Assembly (NCBI RefSeq): GCF_001194135.2
Contig: NC_068983.1
Coordinates: 3,052,560 to 3,087,216 of the forward strand
DNA from: Octopus bimaculoides
Lineage: Eukaryota
Length of the DNA: 34,657 bases
Direction: 5' to 3'
The notes below the pieces were generated by a model, which worked only from the letters and a program-made list of their open reading frames with translations, was not told where the DNA came from and did not search any database. The translations under genes and the position numbers were made by a program. The first letter of the stretch is position 1. Each line of letters begins with the position of its first letter. This document shows, piece after piece, positions 1-11,542 of the stretch.

Positions 1-98
1 CATATATATGTATATATATATACATATATATGTGTATATATATATATATAATTACATATACATATGTGTGTGTTTGTGTGTGTATGTAATGTATATAT
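1..98. repeat. (TA)n/(TG)n microsatellite
   Basis: Directly visible dinucleotide runs. Confidence 0.95.
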
Positions 99-534
99 GG
101 AAGTGCGTTGATTTGCGATAAAGGTGCGGTGACATGTAACAATGAAATAAAAGGCTGATAACTGAACATCTAGGATACATGGCGAACGGAAATACCAAAT
201 GTATTATTCTGCATTCTCTTGAACAAGAAGAGCAGTTTTTATCTACGTCGGTGTCGAGAAGAGAGCCGCTAATGTATTGCTTTTAAGTCTACTTTCGTTG
301 TTAGGGAGTGTACATATGTCGCCCACGTAGCCAGTGTCGTTAAGGGCGGCAGGCTTGGACAACAACCACCGCTGTCTCATGCAAGTATGATTATCTAATA
401 CTTGTTTTCTGTGTGATTCGTTAATTAGAGGGCTAATGGTGGGTTAGTTTTAGTAAATGAGAACTTTCTCAGTGGAAATTCTGCTGTATGTATGTATGTA
501 TGTATGTATGTATGTATGTATACTTATGCATGTG

Positions 535-646
535 TGTCATTATTCAGTTTATTTCAAGATTTCTTGCCAATAGAGAAAGAACCAGTTTCTATCTAAGAAC
601 CGAGGTTCCTTCATTGGAATTTCTACGTCATATGTACGTATATGTG

Positions 647-680
<34 letters not shown>

Positions 681-1685
681 TACGTGTAGATTTGTATGTT
701 TTGTTTTATGTATGTTTTCTCATTCATATCGCTGCATACCTAGACATGTTCATATATATTTAAATGTTAAACTTCTGGAAAGTTTTACAGATTTTTACAG
801 TTCCAGTGATGGCTTGGATCTGTAGTCTTCGAATCAGTTTTCTCGTTTCTGCTTTTGAGTAGCCTAATTTCTCAAGATTAGTATTTAGACAGTGTGTTAC
901 ATATTCCAGGGCCCCAATAATTACAGGTACAAACCTGAACTTGTAATCTGGATTGGGTAACTGCAGATTTCTCAATAGTTCAGCGTAGGTACTCTCTTTT
1001 TCACTGATCATCAGCTTTATGTTAACATACGCTGGGCAGCTTAATTCCCACAACTGTACACAGTTTCTCTTCTCTGCCCCAAATCATTATATCAGGTCTG
1101 TTTTGCTTACATTTTATTGAGGTTTTCACTGGGACATTCCACCAGTATTCCTTTTTATTATGAGTGGCTATGGCATCTACCATACAGTGGGTTCTTATTC
1201 CTTTAGCCGCAGGGTTATCTTTTCGAAGGACCTTGTTAGACAATATCCTAGCGACAACATCATGTTCCATCGGCAGATAATACCGTGATAACATTTTCGG
1301 ATAACTGCTTTTAATGTGGGTGATATCTTCGGTGCTAACTCCACAAAGTCTGCATCGGTTGTCACATTTTACTGCTTTTCCTGCGTCTTGTCCCTTTTGT
1401 ACATCAGATATTTGGTTGATATTTCCTGTTCCTGTATTGCAAATTCATACCCTTCAAAGTAGGAGGTGGTAATCCAGTTGTTGGTCCATGATAGACTGCT
1501 TTCATGTTCAATATTAATATCATCTCAGAGTATTCTAGTAACATATCTATGCATGGTCTTCTGCTCATTTAGTCTCATCCTTTTATTTAATGATACGTTG
1601 CGGTAAAGTCATGTAACTTCTTTGGACATGTATTCTAGGTTATCAGACAAGAACTGTTGCTCCTTGAGTTTTGTGATATCATCAC
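535..1685 (-). mobile_element. 5'-truncated R4/Dong-type non-LTR retrotransposon (end of ORF, zinc knuckle, restriction-like endonuclease, 3' UTR)
   Basis: Minus-strand translation gives FEGYEFAIQEQEISTKY, then CRLCGVSTEDITHIKSSY (decayed CCHC knuckle), RPDIMIWGREEKLCTVV (PD-(D/E)xK REL motif) and FVPVIIGALEYV...LQIQAITGTVKICKTF ending at a stop at 760. Frameshifted. The 3' UTR runs into (ATAC)n. Confidence 0.85.
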
Positions 1686-1804
1686 GTTTTTTTTTTGTTT
1701 TTTTTTTTTTGTTATCTGTGATACTTCGGTACGACTAAGGCTATGTCTAAGACTAGTTTCAATACAACTCCCGAAGAGACTCTACTAGGAATTAATTATC
1801 TCCA

Positions 1805-3130
1805 CTGAGAGAACACCGTTGGCTGCGTCTACCGAACATTTTACCTTTCTGAAACGTCATTCAGCCACTTCTTTAGACTTCCAGCGATGCCAAGATCACG
1901 CAGTTTGTGATGAATGTTATCAAAGGTTTTTGCAGAATCGAATTCTACTCTCTGACTGACTTGTGTATACCAAGTGTCCTGGATTTCCAGAAATGCACCA
2001 AAACAATGGCAATCGGCAGGAGTAACCCTAGGAAAACGTTTGAATAATTTCGCTGTTGTTTCAAAAGCTAACCATAATGAAGCAATGGATTGATGGTGCT
2101 GCCGTTCCTCCTTCACAGATACAAGCCATGTTTTGTGTCAGTAAACAAATAATTTCATTCTCAGAACGTCATCAGCTTCTTACAGATTAGAATCAAGTCA
2201 GAGAGATAAGCCTGTCATTTTTATCGTCGGTTCTCTTTCCTTCTTTTATGGATGGAGCAAATAATACAATCTTTTAACTATTCGGAAGTTTACCAAATGC
2301 GAGGAAGCTCACCAAAATTGTCTTCTTGCACGTTTTTAAAAGAATCGCTGGGAAACCAATAAGAGTCTATTACAGAATTTCCCCTCGTTTCATCGAGGGG
2401 GGGTCATACGACATTCTTCTCTTTTGTGCCGATGGAATCACCGTTTCAATATTCGGGGCTTCAGTGCCAAAGATTTCATCTGATTTATTTATCTGTATTC
2501 CAAAGGGTGGTGAAAACACTTAGGAATTGTTCATTCAATATTTCATTTAACCTTTTTTCGAAGTCTACAGTCAGGGAGACATTTCCTTCAAACAACGACT
2601 GTTTTAGAATATACTGAAGCTGGTTCTTTTGCAAATTTAGAGAAAGTGTTCGTTTGCATATTCTCTACAACCCTGGTTTTAGTTTCTTCCTCTTTTTTTT
2701 ATGGGAGAGACTGAGTCTGTTCTCGGTCTCTAAAGATGTCCTTTACAAGTGAGACCCCTCGCTGCCAGTAGGCTGTTTATCTAAGCGATTTGAGATCTTT
2801 CATCCTCGCCTCATAATGACTTTTCTGTCTCTAGCAATAATACTTTTGTATATGCAGCCGTTTCTCTCTGGAGCAAATATAATTCCTATGGCTCGCATTA
2901 TTGACATAAACTCGTTAAATTTGATGCCATTTTCTTGCATAGACAGATGTTCGAACCAGGACTGCTTCAGGATCTCTTGTTGGACCAGTTTTCAGTTTGA
3001 TTCGGAAAGGGCTTGGAAAGGGTTCGCGTTCTACTTGTTGGAAAGGGCTTTAGTTCTACTTTTAGGGCCTATGTCTACAACTGACTTTGTTCTACTATGT
3101 TAATATCTGAAGAAATTGTTGGTGTCACCT
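1805..3130 (-). mobile_element. Decayed CR1/L2-group LINE ORF2 fragment (linker plus N-terminal RT)
   Basis: Minus-strand remnants: WFPAIL, LKTCKK..FLAFGKLP, CIICSIHKRG, KNDRLISLT (YRPISLT motif) and DSAKTFDNIHHKLRDLGIAGSLKKWL (DFAKAFD motif). Many stops and indels. Confidence 0.75.
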
Positions 3131-3652
3131 TCACATTAGGATGACTTCCATATTGTTTGTGAAGCAGTTATCCAAGGTATTGTTGTCATCTGGCTGACTC
3201 TCGTATTGTTTTTTTACCCTATTATATATTTATACATATATACACACATACATGCATACATATGTATATATATGCATGTATGTATGTATGTATGTATATA
3301 TGTATGTATGTAGGAATATATGTATGTATGTATGTATGAATATATAATTATATAAATATAATTATAATAATACGACACCAATGAATAGTGCCATATGCTA
3401 GAAATAGACGCCAAATAGCTCTAAGAACTGCAGATACTTGCTCCATTAGCATGGATTAAAAGTGAGGAAAGTGAATAAATAAAAATTCTTAAAAGAGGTT
3501 TAACTATAGATCGATTCCTGATTGAGAGATGTAAAAATCTCCCTACCTCTTCACCAGTATAGTATGACCAGTATATGCATGTGTTGAGGTGGATAAATTA
3601 GGTTTTGCTCGTATATTAATGTGAACATTTGTATCTATGATTATGGATACGT

Positions 3653-3770
3653 GATAAGGATGAATGGCAAAGTCGACCTCGAGGGAATTTGAACTCAGAA
3701 CGTAATGGCAGACGAAATACCGCTAAGCATTTCGCCTGGCGTGCTAACGTTTCTGCCAGCTCGCTGCCTT
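3653..3770 (-). mobile_element. tRNA-derived SINE family A, 5' half
   Basis: Highly similar to 3865-3982. B-box GAGTTCAAATTCC on the minus strand. Confidence 0.85.
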
Positions 3771-3773
3771 GGC

Positions 3774-3982
3774 AATATTCTTTTCTACTTTAAGCTCGAA
3801 ATTTTGGGGTGGGGCAGTCGATTAGATCGACCTCAGTGCGCAACTGGTACTTAATTTATCGACCCCGAAAGGATGAAAGGCAAAGTCGACCTCGGCGGAA
3901 TTTGAACTCAGAACGTAGCGGCAGACGAAATACCGCTAAGCATTTCGCCCGGCGTGCTAACGTTTCTGCCAGCTCGCCGCCT
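3774..3982 (-). mobile_element. tRNA-derived SINE family A, full length
   Basis: A-box-like TGGCAGAAACG and B box GTTCAAATTCC. The core GTCGACTTTGCCTTTCATCCTTTCGGGGTCGATAAATTAAGTACCAG is shared with the copies at 4893, 23295, 26013 and 31398. Confidence 0.9.
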
Positions 3983-4142
3983 CACTACCATCATCAATAT
4001 CATCAACACGCAGTGTCAACAATACTCTGCCCATTATCCTGATATCATTGTTACGCCTCTATAACCGTGAGACTTCTTTCGCTAAGACACCTTTTTCCAC
4101 TTCTGCAAGGTTAACAAACCCTGTCAAGGACGACTCTATTAT

Positions 4143-4290
4143 GCAGTCACTCATCATTCAGAAATAACAGTGAAATCTCCCTTACATCATACTGTAACGT
4201 CCTAAAAAGAAGAACTCGTTGGATAATGTAACACGAGATATTTGTCTGAGACAGAACATAGATTTATCCATGGCTACCACGTTCTATATT
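4143..4290 (+). repeat. Old dispersed repeat (unclassified), related to 16583-16873 and 33231-33300
   Basis: GCAGTCAC..AGAAATAACAG..AAATCT aligns by eye with the reverse complement of 16820-16873. Confidence 0.4.
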
Positions 4291-4459
4291 TCATTTGGAC
4301 GGCTTTTGTGCCGTGTTGCATGAGACGATATTGCAAGTAGGGACATTCTGCATTTCTTGGAGAAAAGGGATATTTGGTGCAGTCCCTCCATCACTCAATC
4401 CCAGTACAATGAAACCGGTTATGAGAGTGTCAGAGTGAAAGGACGGCAGAGAGAAGGGA

Positions 4460-4600
4460 ACATTAGTTCTTGGTTGATACTTAATTGACTTCATAAGAAT
4501 GAAAATTGATTGAAGTAGGAACAGAACTCACAGTGTAAAGAGCTAGAATAATTAGCACAAGGCAGTAGTCCCCAAAGCTCTAACAATTCTGCCAACCGAC
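4460..4600 (-). mobile_element. Highly diverged SINE family A copy
   Basis: Colinear remnants GATACTTAATTGAC..GAATGAAA..GAACTCACAGTGTAAAG..CTAACAATTCTGCCAAC match family A. Confidence 0.55.
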
Positions 4601-4892
4601 ATACCTATAATCCTAGATAAACGTATATCTCAAGGCAAGATTGAACATTATTGCCCATATATCCGGTAGATCGGGTTTCATTTTTGAACAGCATAAAACC
4701 ACCGTCATAAGAGAGCCACGTAATCGCACTTGTTTACACCTGAAGCATCGTTCCTGCGGTCAGAAATAGAAGAGCGAAGAAAAGAAATTGTTGTGTGTCA
4801 AGTGTTACTGATATGGAGAGGTGGGTATGGAATATTTAAGAATTAATCTTTGAAAGACTGTGCCATTTGTTAACGAAATAATATTCCTCTTG

Positions 4893-5082
4893 TGTCGGAC
4901 AAACTGTTTAGCAGCATTTCGTCCGTCTTTAAGTAGTGAGTTCAAATTCCGCCGAGGTCGACTTTGCCTTCCATCCTTTCGGGATCGATAAAATAAGTAC
5001 CAGTCGAGCACTGGGATCGATATAATGGACTTAAACACCGCCCCTGAAGTCGCTGGCTTTTTGCCAAAATCTAAAACCAATA
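4893..5082 (+). mobile_element. SINE family A (subfamily with GCCAAAATYTRAAACCAATA tail)
   Basis: B box GAGTTCAAATTCC, conserved core, tail shared with the 31398-31611 copy. Confidence 0.88.
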
Positions 5083-5526
5083 TCTTGCGTAAATATTTAG
5101 AGCAGTGGAGATAACCCAAACCACAATGGGTTACAGCTGACGTATGCTAACAAGGAACTTGTTTACGTATCGGAGACGAAGATTTATACAGACTTCGTCC
5201 ACTTTCGCTTATCTCCGTTCTGACACTTAATGTGGTTTGTCTTACGTAATAACTTATTAACAATGTTATCGCTGTACAACATTAGACAATAAAAAAAAAA
5301 TACTTGGGCCGCCCCCTTCCTAACTTTTAACTTCCCATTTTTGCCCTCACCTAATCCGTCACCCTCCCTTTCCACCCACCAAAACCTGTCTCGCCTTCTC
5401 CATTTCCTTCAATATACATATATGGACCGCTTTTATTCTGCACAATTCCCTTCCTCGGCTGTCGTTTTTGTTGTTCTTGTTTTTTTTTTTCTGAAATTTA
5501 TGTATGCATTATACACATTCGTACAA

Positions 5527-5561
<35 letters not shown>

Positions 5562-6166
5562 NNNNNNNNNNNNNNNNNNNNNNNNNNNNNNNNNNNNNNN
5601 NNNNNNNNNNNNNNNNNNNNNNNNNNNNNNNNNNNNNNNNNNNNNNNNNNNNNNNNNNNNNNNNNNNNNNNNNNNNNNNNNNNNNNNNNNNNNNNNNNNN
5701 NNNNNNNNNNNNNNNNNNNNNNNNNNNNNNNNNNNNNNNNNNNNNNNNNNNNNNNNNNNNNNNNNNNNNNNNNNNNNNNNNNNNNNNNNNNNNNNNNNNN
5801 NNNNNNNNNNNNNNNNNNNNNNNNNNNNNNNNNNNNNNNNNNNNNNNNNNNNNNNNNNNNNNNNNNNNNNNNNNNNNNNNNNNNNNNNNNNNNNNNNNNN
5901 NNNNNNNNNNNNNNNNNNNNNNNNNNNNNNNNNNNNNNNNNNNNNNNNNNNNNNNNNNNNNNNNNNNNNNNNNNNNNNNNNNNNNNNNNNNNNNNNNNNN
6001 NNNNNNNNNNNNNNNNNNNNNNNNNNNNNNNNNNNNNNNNNNNNNNNNNNNNNNNNNNNNNNNNNNNNNNNNNNNNNNNNNNNNNNNNNNNNNNNNNNNN
6101 NNNNNNNNNNNNNNNNNNNNNNNNNNNNNNNNNNNNNNNNNNNNNNNNNNNNNNNNNNNNNNNNNA
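5562..6166. other. Assembly gap flanked by (TA)n
   Basis: N run. Confidence 1.
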
Positions 6167-6191
6167 TATATATATATATATGCATGCACAC

Positions 6192-6352
6192 AACGGGATT
6201 CTTTTAGTTTCCCTCTACTAAATCCACTCACAAGGCTTTGGCCGACCCGAGGCTATAGTAGAAGACACTTGCCCAAGGTGCCATGCAAGGGGGACTGAAC
6301 CCGGAACCATGTGGTTGGGAAGTAAGCTTCTTACCACACAGCCACGCTCGTA
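6192..6352 (-). mobile_element. tRNA-derived SINE family B, head
   Basis: Minus strand GTGGCTGTGTGGTAAGAAGCTT..CCGGGTTCAGTCCC (A and B boxes). Homologous to 21079-21193 and 26311-26467. Confidence 0.9.
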
Positions 6353-6869
6353 TACATGATATATATACGTGGTGGTGGTGTATACACACAGATACATACA
6401 TGTGTGTGTGCGTGCGCGTGTGTGTATTATCTTATATATATAAATTTAGACTCCATATAATGCACTTTTGTGATATGAATGCTGCTGGTATGACATGCTG
6501 CGTTGATAAATTTTCTTCCCTCTCAGTTACGATAAAAGAGGTTATATTTAGATGTCAGATCTCCCGCCTTTGTTTCGGATTATGCATCATAATGAGTTAT
6601 CATAGAACAAACTTCTTTCATACGTTGCCACACCTTCAAGAAATAAATAAATTAGCCTTAATACAATTGTCCTGGTTCTTCGTATCTACAAGCGACTGCT
6701 GAGAGACATCTCAAGAAATTAGACGACGTTTTCAAAACCATCTGTTCCTCTTCAAAGATTATGGGATTTTGAAAAGGATCAACCGGTGCACCAAGAGCCA
6801 TGCTATACCAAAGCTGCATCTACATCTCCGAAAACTATTTACTCAGGCTCTGGATTATATATATTATTC

Positions 6870-7327
6870 ATATATATATGTTAAATAAAATGAGACAACA
6901 AACCCAAGGTTGTGTGGAATTTTCAGGACATTCTTAAAGAGAAAGTTAGTCTTACAGCTGTTTCAGGGATATTAAGGATATCCCTTCATCAGACACGATG
7001 TTAGATGGTTAAATAGAGGGAAATATTAGAGTTCAATATGAGGAGTTATTTTGGGAAAAGGAAGCAAATAAGGAATATATAGGGAAATAGGAGAATGAAT
7101 GTAGAAATAAGAATAAAAATGAAAATGCATAAAAACGTTACAGTTGCAGTTGAATAATGGAACTGCAACTATAACATCTTTATATATTTTCATTTTTATT
7201 TCTACATTCATTCTCCTATTTCCCTATATATTCCTTATTTGCTTCCTTTTCCCAAAAGAAACCCTTATATTTAACTCTAATATTTCCCTCTATTTAACCA
7301 TCTCATATCATCTCTGATGAAGGGATA
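6870..7327 (-). mobile_element. Penelope-like element terminal repeat (pLTR) fragment with inverted duplication
   Basis: Contains a hammerhead motif, arms 6979-7151 and 7161-7327 are inverted, and the end runs into (TA)n. This is the same architecture as the coding PLE at 11836-13610. No ORF is present, so the PLE assignment is an inference. Confidence 0.65.
6949..6996 (-). ncRNA. Minimal type I hammerhead ribozyme motif
   Basis: GUGU-CUGAUGA-AGGGAUAU-ccuua-AUAUCCCU-GAAA-C-AGCU-G-UA/AGAC: intact core, perfect 8-bp stem II, palindromic stem III (ACAGCUGU), GUA cleavage triplet. Stem I pairs 3 of 4. Confidence 0.75.
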
Positions 7328-7345
7328 CTTATGCTTATTTTGATT

Positions 7346-7452
<107 letters not shown>

Positions 7453-8162
7453 GTGCCCGGTTATTATATGTCAGAATTGCACACCAAATCCCTCACACAC
7501 AAACTCATGAGTGCATGAACTTTAATTTCACTTATATGTACATTGGAAGTTGAGCACCAATAAACCTATTTCTCTTCGTAGTCAATTGAAACGACAGATA
7601 TCAGATCATATTTCAGGGTGAAACTAAAGTTTCTTGGAAGATAACCTTTGTTGTAAAACAATCGTTAAAAATTGAGAGTGAAAACAAGCTGACTCATTGA
7701 ATAATGTAAAGAGTGGAGGAGATTTACATCAACCGGAAATGACACTGCCTTTCCCTGGGTTAAATATTGATTTCTATCATTGGCACACGGCAACAGTTTA
7801 GTGGCTGGGGTGGGGGTGGGGTGTCGATTAGCCACTCGACGCCGCTTAGCTTTGGAGCCAGTCAAAAGAAATAAAGAATTTGGTAGAAACAGACTTCAAG
7901 CATAGACTTGGTTGAGATCGTCAAACTAATTAATTAAAAGCTAATATTAGCTCTTATCTTTTATTTGACGGAGTCATTGTACAACGGCCAAGCTGGAGCA
8001 TTGCCTAGAAGAATATTTGGTCAAAGGAACCAACCCACCCCCATACTTTTTTTTGTTTTGTTTTTTTTGTGTGTGTGTTTTTTGTGTGTACATACATACA
8101 TACATACATACATACATACATACATACATACATACAAACAAAAATACCCTGTTGTTGATGTT

Positions 8163-8252
8163 GAAATTCCCGTGAAGGAGTATTGGATCTAGGTTCGAAA
8201 CCGGCTCTTTCTCTGTTGGCAAGAAATCTTGAAATAAAACTGAGCGATGACA
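8163..8252 (+). mobile_element. Extreme 3' end of the same R4/Dong-type element
   Basis: GAAATTCC..GAAGGA..GAAACCGGCTCTTTCTCTGTTGGCAAGAAATCTTGAAATAAAACTGAGCGATGACA is the reverse complement homologue of 535-622. Flanked by (CATA)n. Confidence 0.85.
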
Positions 8253-8274
8253 TACATACACACAAACAACGAGC

Positions 8275-8532
8275 GTCCCAATCGATCCGATCAGCTGAAC
8301 AGCCTACTCGTAAAATTAACGTTCGGGTGGCTGAGCACTCCACAGGCACTTGGTGTATTTTTCAAGGGAATTCAGCGTCACACAGAATGCAACAAAGCTG
8401 GCCCTGTGAATTACAGGTACTTCTCATTTTTGCACAGCTGAGTGGAGTGAAGAAACAAGAAATAAAGTGTTTTGCTCAAGGATCTTACGGCCATGGGACG
8501 AACGGTCTAACCACTAAGCCAAGCGCATCCAC
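8275..8532 (-). mobile_element. tRNA-derived SINE family D (B-box region deleted)
   Basis: Minus-strand start GTGGATGCGCTTGGCTTAGTGGTTAG (A box, similar to the family C head), then CCTTGAGCAAAACACTTTATTTC. Family identity comes from recall of cephalopod SINEs. Confidence 0.65.
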
Positions 8533-8744
8533 ATACACACACCCTTATTATACTTGTGCTAGTACATGTAACCGCCTTGGAGACAGACGTGCGGCTCACC
8601 TAATAATCAAACGGGGACGCGCCGCGAGACTTATAAGCAGCTGTCACTTTTTATCATATTAAAATATTGTCTATCGACTTCTAACGAGATTTATTCACTG
8701 TATAACTTATGCAGTTATTTTTCAAACACCAGCAATTTTGCTAT

Positions 8745-8752
8745 ACATATTA

Positions 8753-8796
<44 letters not shown>

Positions 8797-8845
8797 TTAT
8801 ATATGTATGTATATATGTATATATATGCTTAAATATATATATACA

Positions 8846-8929
<84 letters not shown>

Positions 8930-8985
8930 CATATACGTGTGTGTGTATATATATGTGTGTGTGAGTGTGCATATATATGTATGTA

Positions 8986-9018
<33 letters not shown>

Positions 9019-9090
9019 ACGCACACAGACATACTTATATATATACTTACATATATGCACACATATATACATAAATATATATATATATTG
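8745..9090. repeat. Compound (TG)/(TA)/(CA) microsatellite block
   Basis: Directly visible. Confidence 0.95.
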
Positions 9091-9320
9091 CGAGAGAATG
9101 TGGTTTAGCCATATCCTTACTTCCGGTTCTCTCGGCAACGTTATTTACACACTGATGTCAAATCTGTCTTATCCTACAGCACATTCAGAACCCACGTAGT
9201 CCTCGGTAGACAAGGAGCTTTTTGTTCTTTAATGAAGCTGACCTTTAACTCTATTTTCAACCAAAGGTGAAACATGGTTCTCTTATTTCTCTTTCTGTCT
9301 CTTTTTCTATTATTTCGCAG

Positions 9321-9418
9321 CAGGTCCCACAGCTATCAGCCATGTTCTCCCTTCAGGAAATAGACAAACAATGTCTTGCTTTCTGCCCACCATCAAACAT
9401 CTATTTTACATACATTAA
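9321..9418 (+). CDS. Candidate internal exon (unverified)
   Basis: Long polypyrimidine tract ending TTCGCAG/CAG (NAGNAG), open frame QVPQLSAMFSLQEIDKQCLAFCPPSNIYFTYI, donor GTATGT. No homologue recognised. Confidence 0.3.
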
Positions 9419-9483
9419 GTATGTTTCTTTTTCTGGCTTGTCTTGCTTTTTTATTCGAGATTTATCTTTTATCTTTTCTCTTG

Positions 9484-9527
9484 TACTTGTTTCAGCCGTT
9501 TGACAGCGACCATGCTGGAGCTCTGCC
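9484..9527 (-). mobile_element. SINE family B 3' tail fragment
   Basis: TACTTGTTTCAGCCGTTTGACAGCGACCATGCTGGAGC matches 20628-20668. Confidence 0.7.
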
Positions 9528-9665
9528 CTTCTATCTATCTCCCACCAAACATTATTACTGTATCCATACAAACATTCTTTGACTTCATATTTTTCTACTA
9601 AAACCAAAGAACAGATCCATCGCATTTATGTACATTTTTATCACACAGAATAATGAGCTTACCAG

Positions 9666-9669
<4 letters not shown>

Positions 9670-9696
<27 letters not shown>

Positions 9697-10240
9697 GTAC
9701 ATACACACGCACACACAAAGCACACATGCACACACACAAACTACATACAGACTGAATGACACTCAGATGTACATATGTGCATACCAACGCATGCAAGCAC
9801 ATACATACAGCAACACACATATACGCGAAGTATGTATGTAAATGTACGTATGTATATACATATGTATGTACATACATATATACATATATATACATATATT
9901 TATATATATACATATATATATGAATATATATATATGTATATATATATATACGTATATATATGTATATATATATGTATATGTGTATACATATATACCTATA
10001 CACTTATATGTGGGTTGTGCGTATACATACATACGTACATGCACACATACACGTAGAGGACAGTCAATCATGCGATGTATAATTACATTACTTTTACTTC
10101 CCATTCCTGTTGTTATTAAAAGTTTCAAATAACGAATGGATGCAATACACAGACACACGTAGATACAAACACACGCACGCAAATACACATACACACACAT
10201 ACAGACATATACACATACATACATTCATATATATATATAT
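9670..10240. repeat. Degenerate (CA)/(TA) microsatellite field
   Basis: Directly visible. Confidence 0.9.
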
Positions 10241-11053
10241 NNNNNNNNNNNNNNNNNNNNNNNNNNNNNNNNNNNNNNNNNNNNNNNNNNNNNNNNNNNN
10301 NNNNNNNNNNNNNNNNNNNNNNNNNNNNNNNNNNNNNNNNNNNNNNNNNNNNNNNNNNNNNNNNNNNNNNNNNNNNNNNNNNNNNNNNNNNNNNNNNNNN
10401 NNNNNNNNNNNNNNNNNNNNNNNNNNNNNNNNNNNNNNNNNNNNNNNNNNNNNNNNNNNNNNNNNNNNNNNNNNNNNNNNNNNNNNNNNNNNNNNNNNNN
10501 NNNNNNNNNNNNNNNNNNNNNNNNNNNNNNNNNNNNNNNNNNNNNNNNNNNNNNNNNNNNNNNNNNNNNNNNNNNNNNNNNNNNNNNNNNNNNNNNNNNN
10601 NNNNNNNNNNNNNNNNNNNNNNNNNNNNNNNNNNNNNNNNNNNNNNNNNNNNNNNNNNNNNNNNNNNNNNNNNNNNNNNNNNNNNNNNNNNNNNNNNNNN
10701 NNNNNNNNNNNNNNNNNNNNNNNNNNNNNNNNNNNNNNNNNNNNNNNNNNNNNNNNNNNNNNNNNNNNNNNNNNNNNNNNNNNNNNNNNNNNNNNNNNNN
10801 NNNNNNNNNNNNNNNNNNNNNNNNNNNNNNNNNNNNNNNNNNNNNNNNNNNNNNNNNNNNNNNNNNNNNNNNNNNNNNNNNNNNNNNNNNNNNNNNNNNN
10901 NNNNNNNNNNNNNNNNNNNNNNNNNNNNNNNNNNNNNNNNNNNNNNNNNNNNNNNNNNNNNNNNNNNNNNNNNNNNNNNNNNNNNNNNNNNNNNNNNNNN
11001 NNNNNNNNNNNNNNNNNNNNNNNNNNNNNNNNNNNNNNNNNNNNNNNNNNNNN
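10241..11053. other. Assembly gap
   Basis: N run. Confidence 1.
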
Positions 11054-11496
11054 TATATATATATATATATGTATATATGCGTATCATACACACATACATA
11101 TATATGCATATCATGCACATATATATATATGCATATTACCCACACACACACTCACACAAACACACACACACATGCACACATACATATATATATTACACAA
11201 AGACGCACACAGATACATATTCTATCAGGTGGTGCTAAAACTGTAGTTTCTCCCACACAGCCTCCATCCGTCAACTTCTGGCTGGGAGCTCAGTCTCTGG
11301 CCACTGCAATCTTGATTTACGGCTAACACTGCGATAGCGTTAACCCTCTCAAAACCATTTGTCTTAAATAGGTTACACTACTCAGATCTCTCATTTGTCA
11401 AATATTTCTGGAGCCAAGTAACCCTAGGCAGCCACCTAAACGATTAGGAAATGCAGAAACCATTACGCCTATACTCTCTTACACACATACACACAC

Positions 11497-11542
<46 letters not shown>

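Noticed and set aside
100-480. CpG-richer unique segment, possible LTR
   Set aside because: No defined termini, TSD or second copy in the window.
5341-6298. Long ORFs spanning N runs (also 10110-11246, 27414-28316, 33590-34406)
   Set aside because: They stay open only because gaps and dinucleotide repeats lack stops. The [12 protein letters not shown] peptides are artefacts.
6700-6850. Plus-strand open frame ETSQEIRRRFQNHL, faintly GIY-YIG-like
   Set aside because: No GIY/YIG motif, opposite orientation to the adjacent PLE terminus, and similarity too weak.
11390-11425. Minus-strand GYLAPEIFDK, kinase subdomain VIII-like, after an AG
   Set aside because: An in-frame stop follows immediately, there is no donor, the pyrimidine tract is poor, and no other kinase motifs are nearby.
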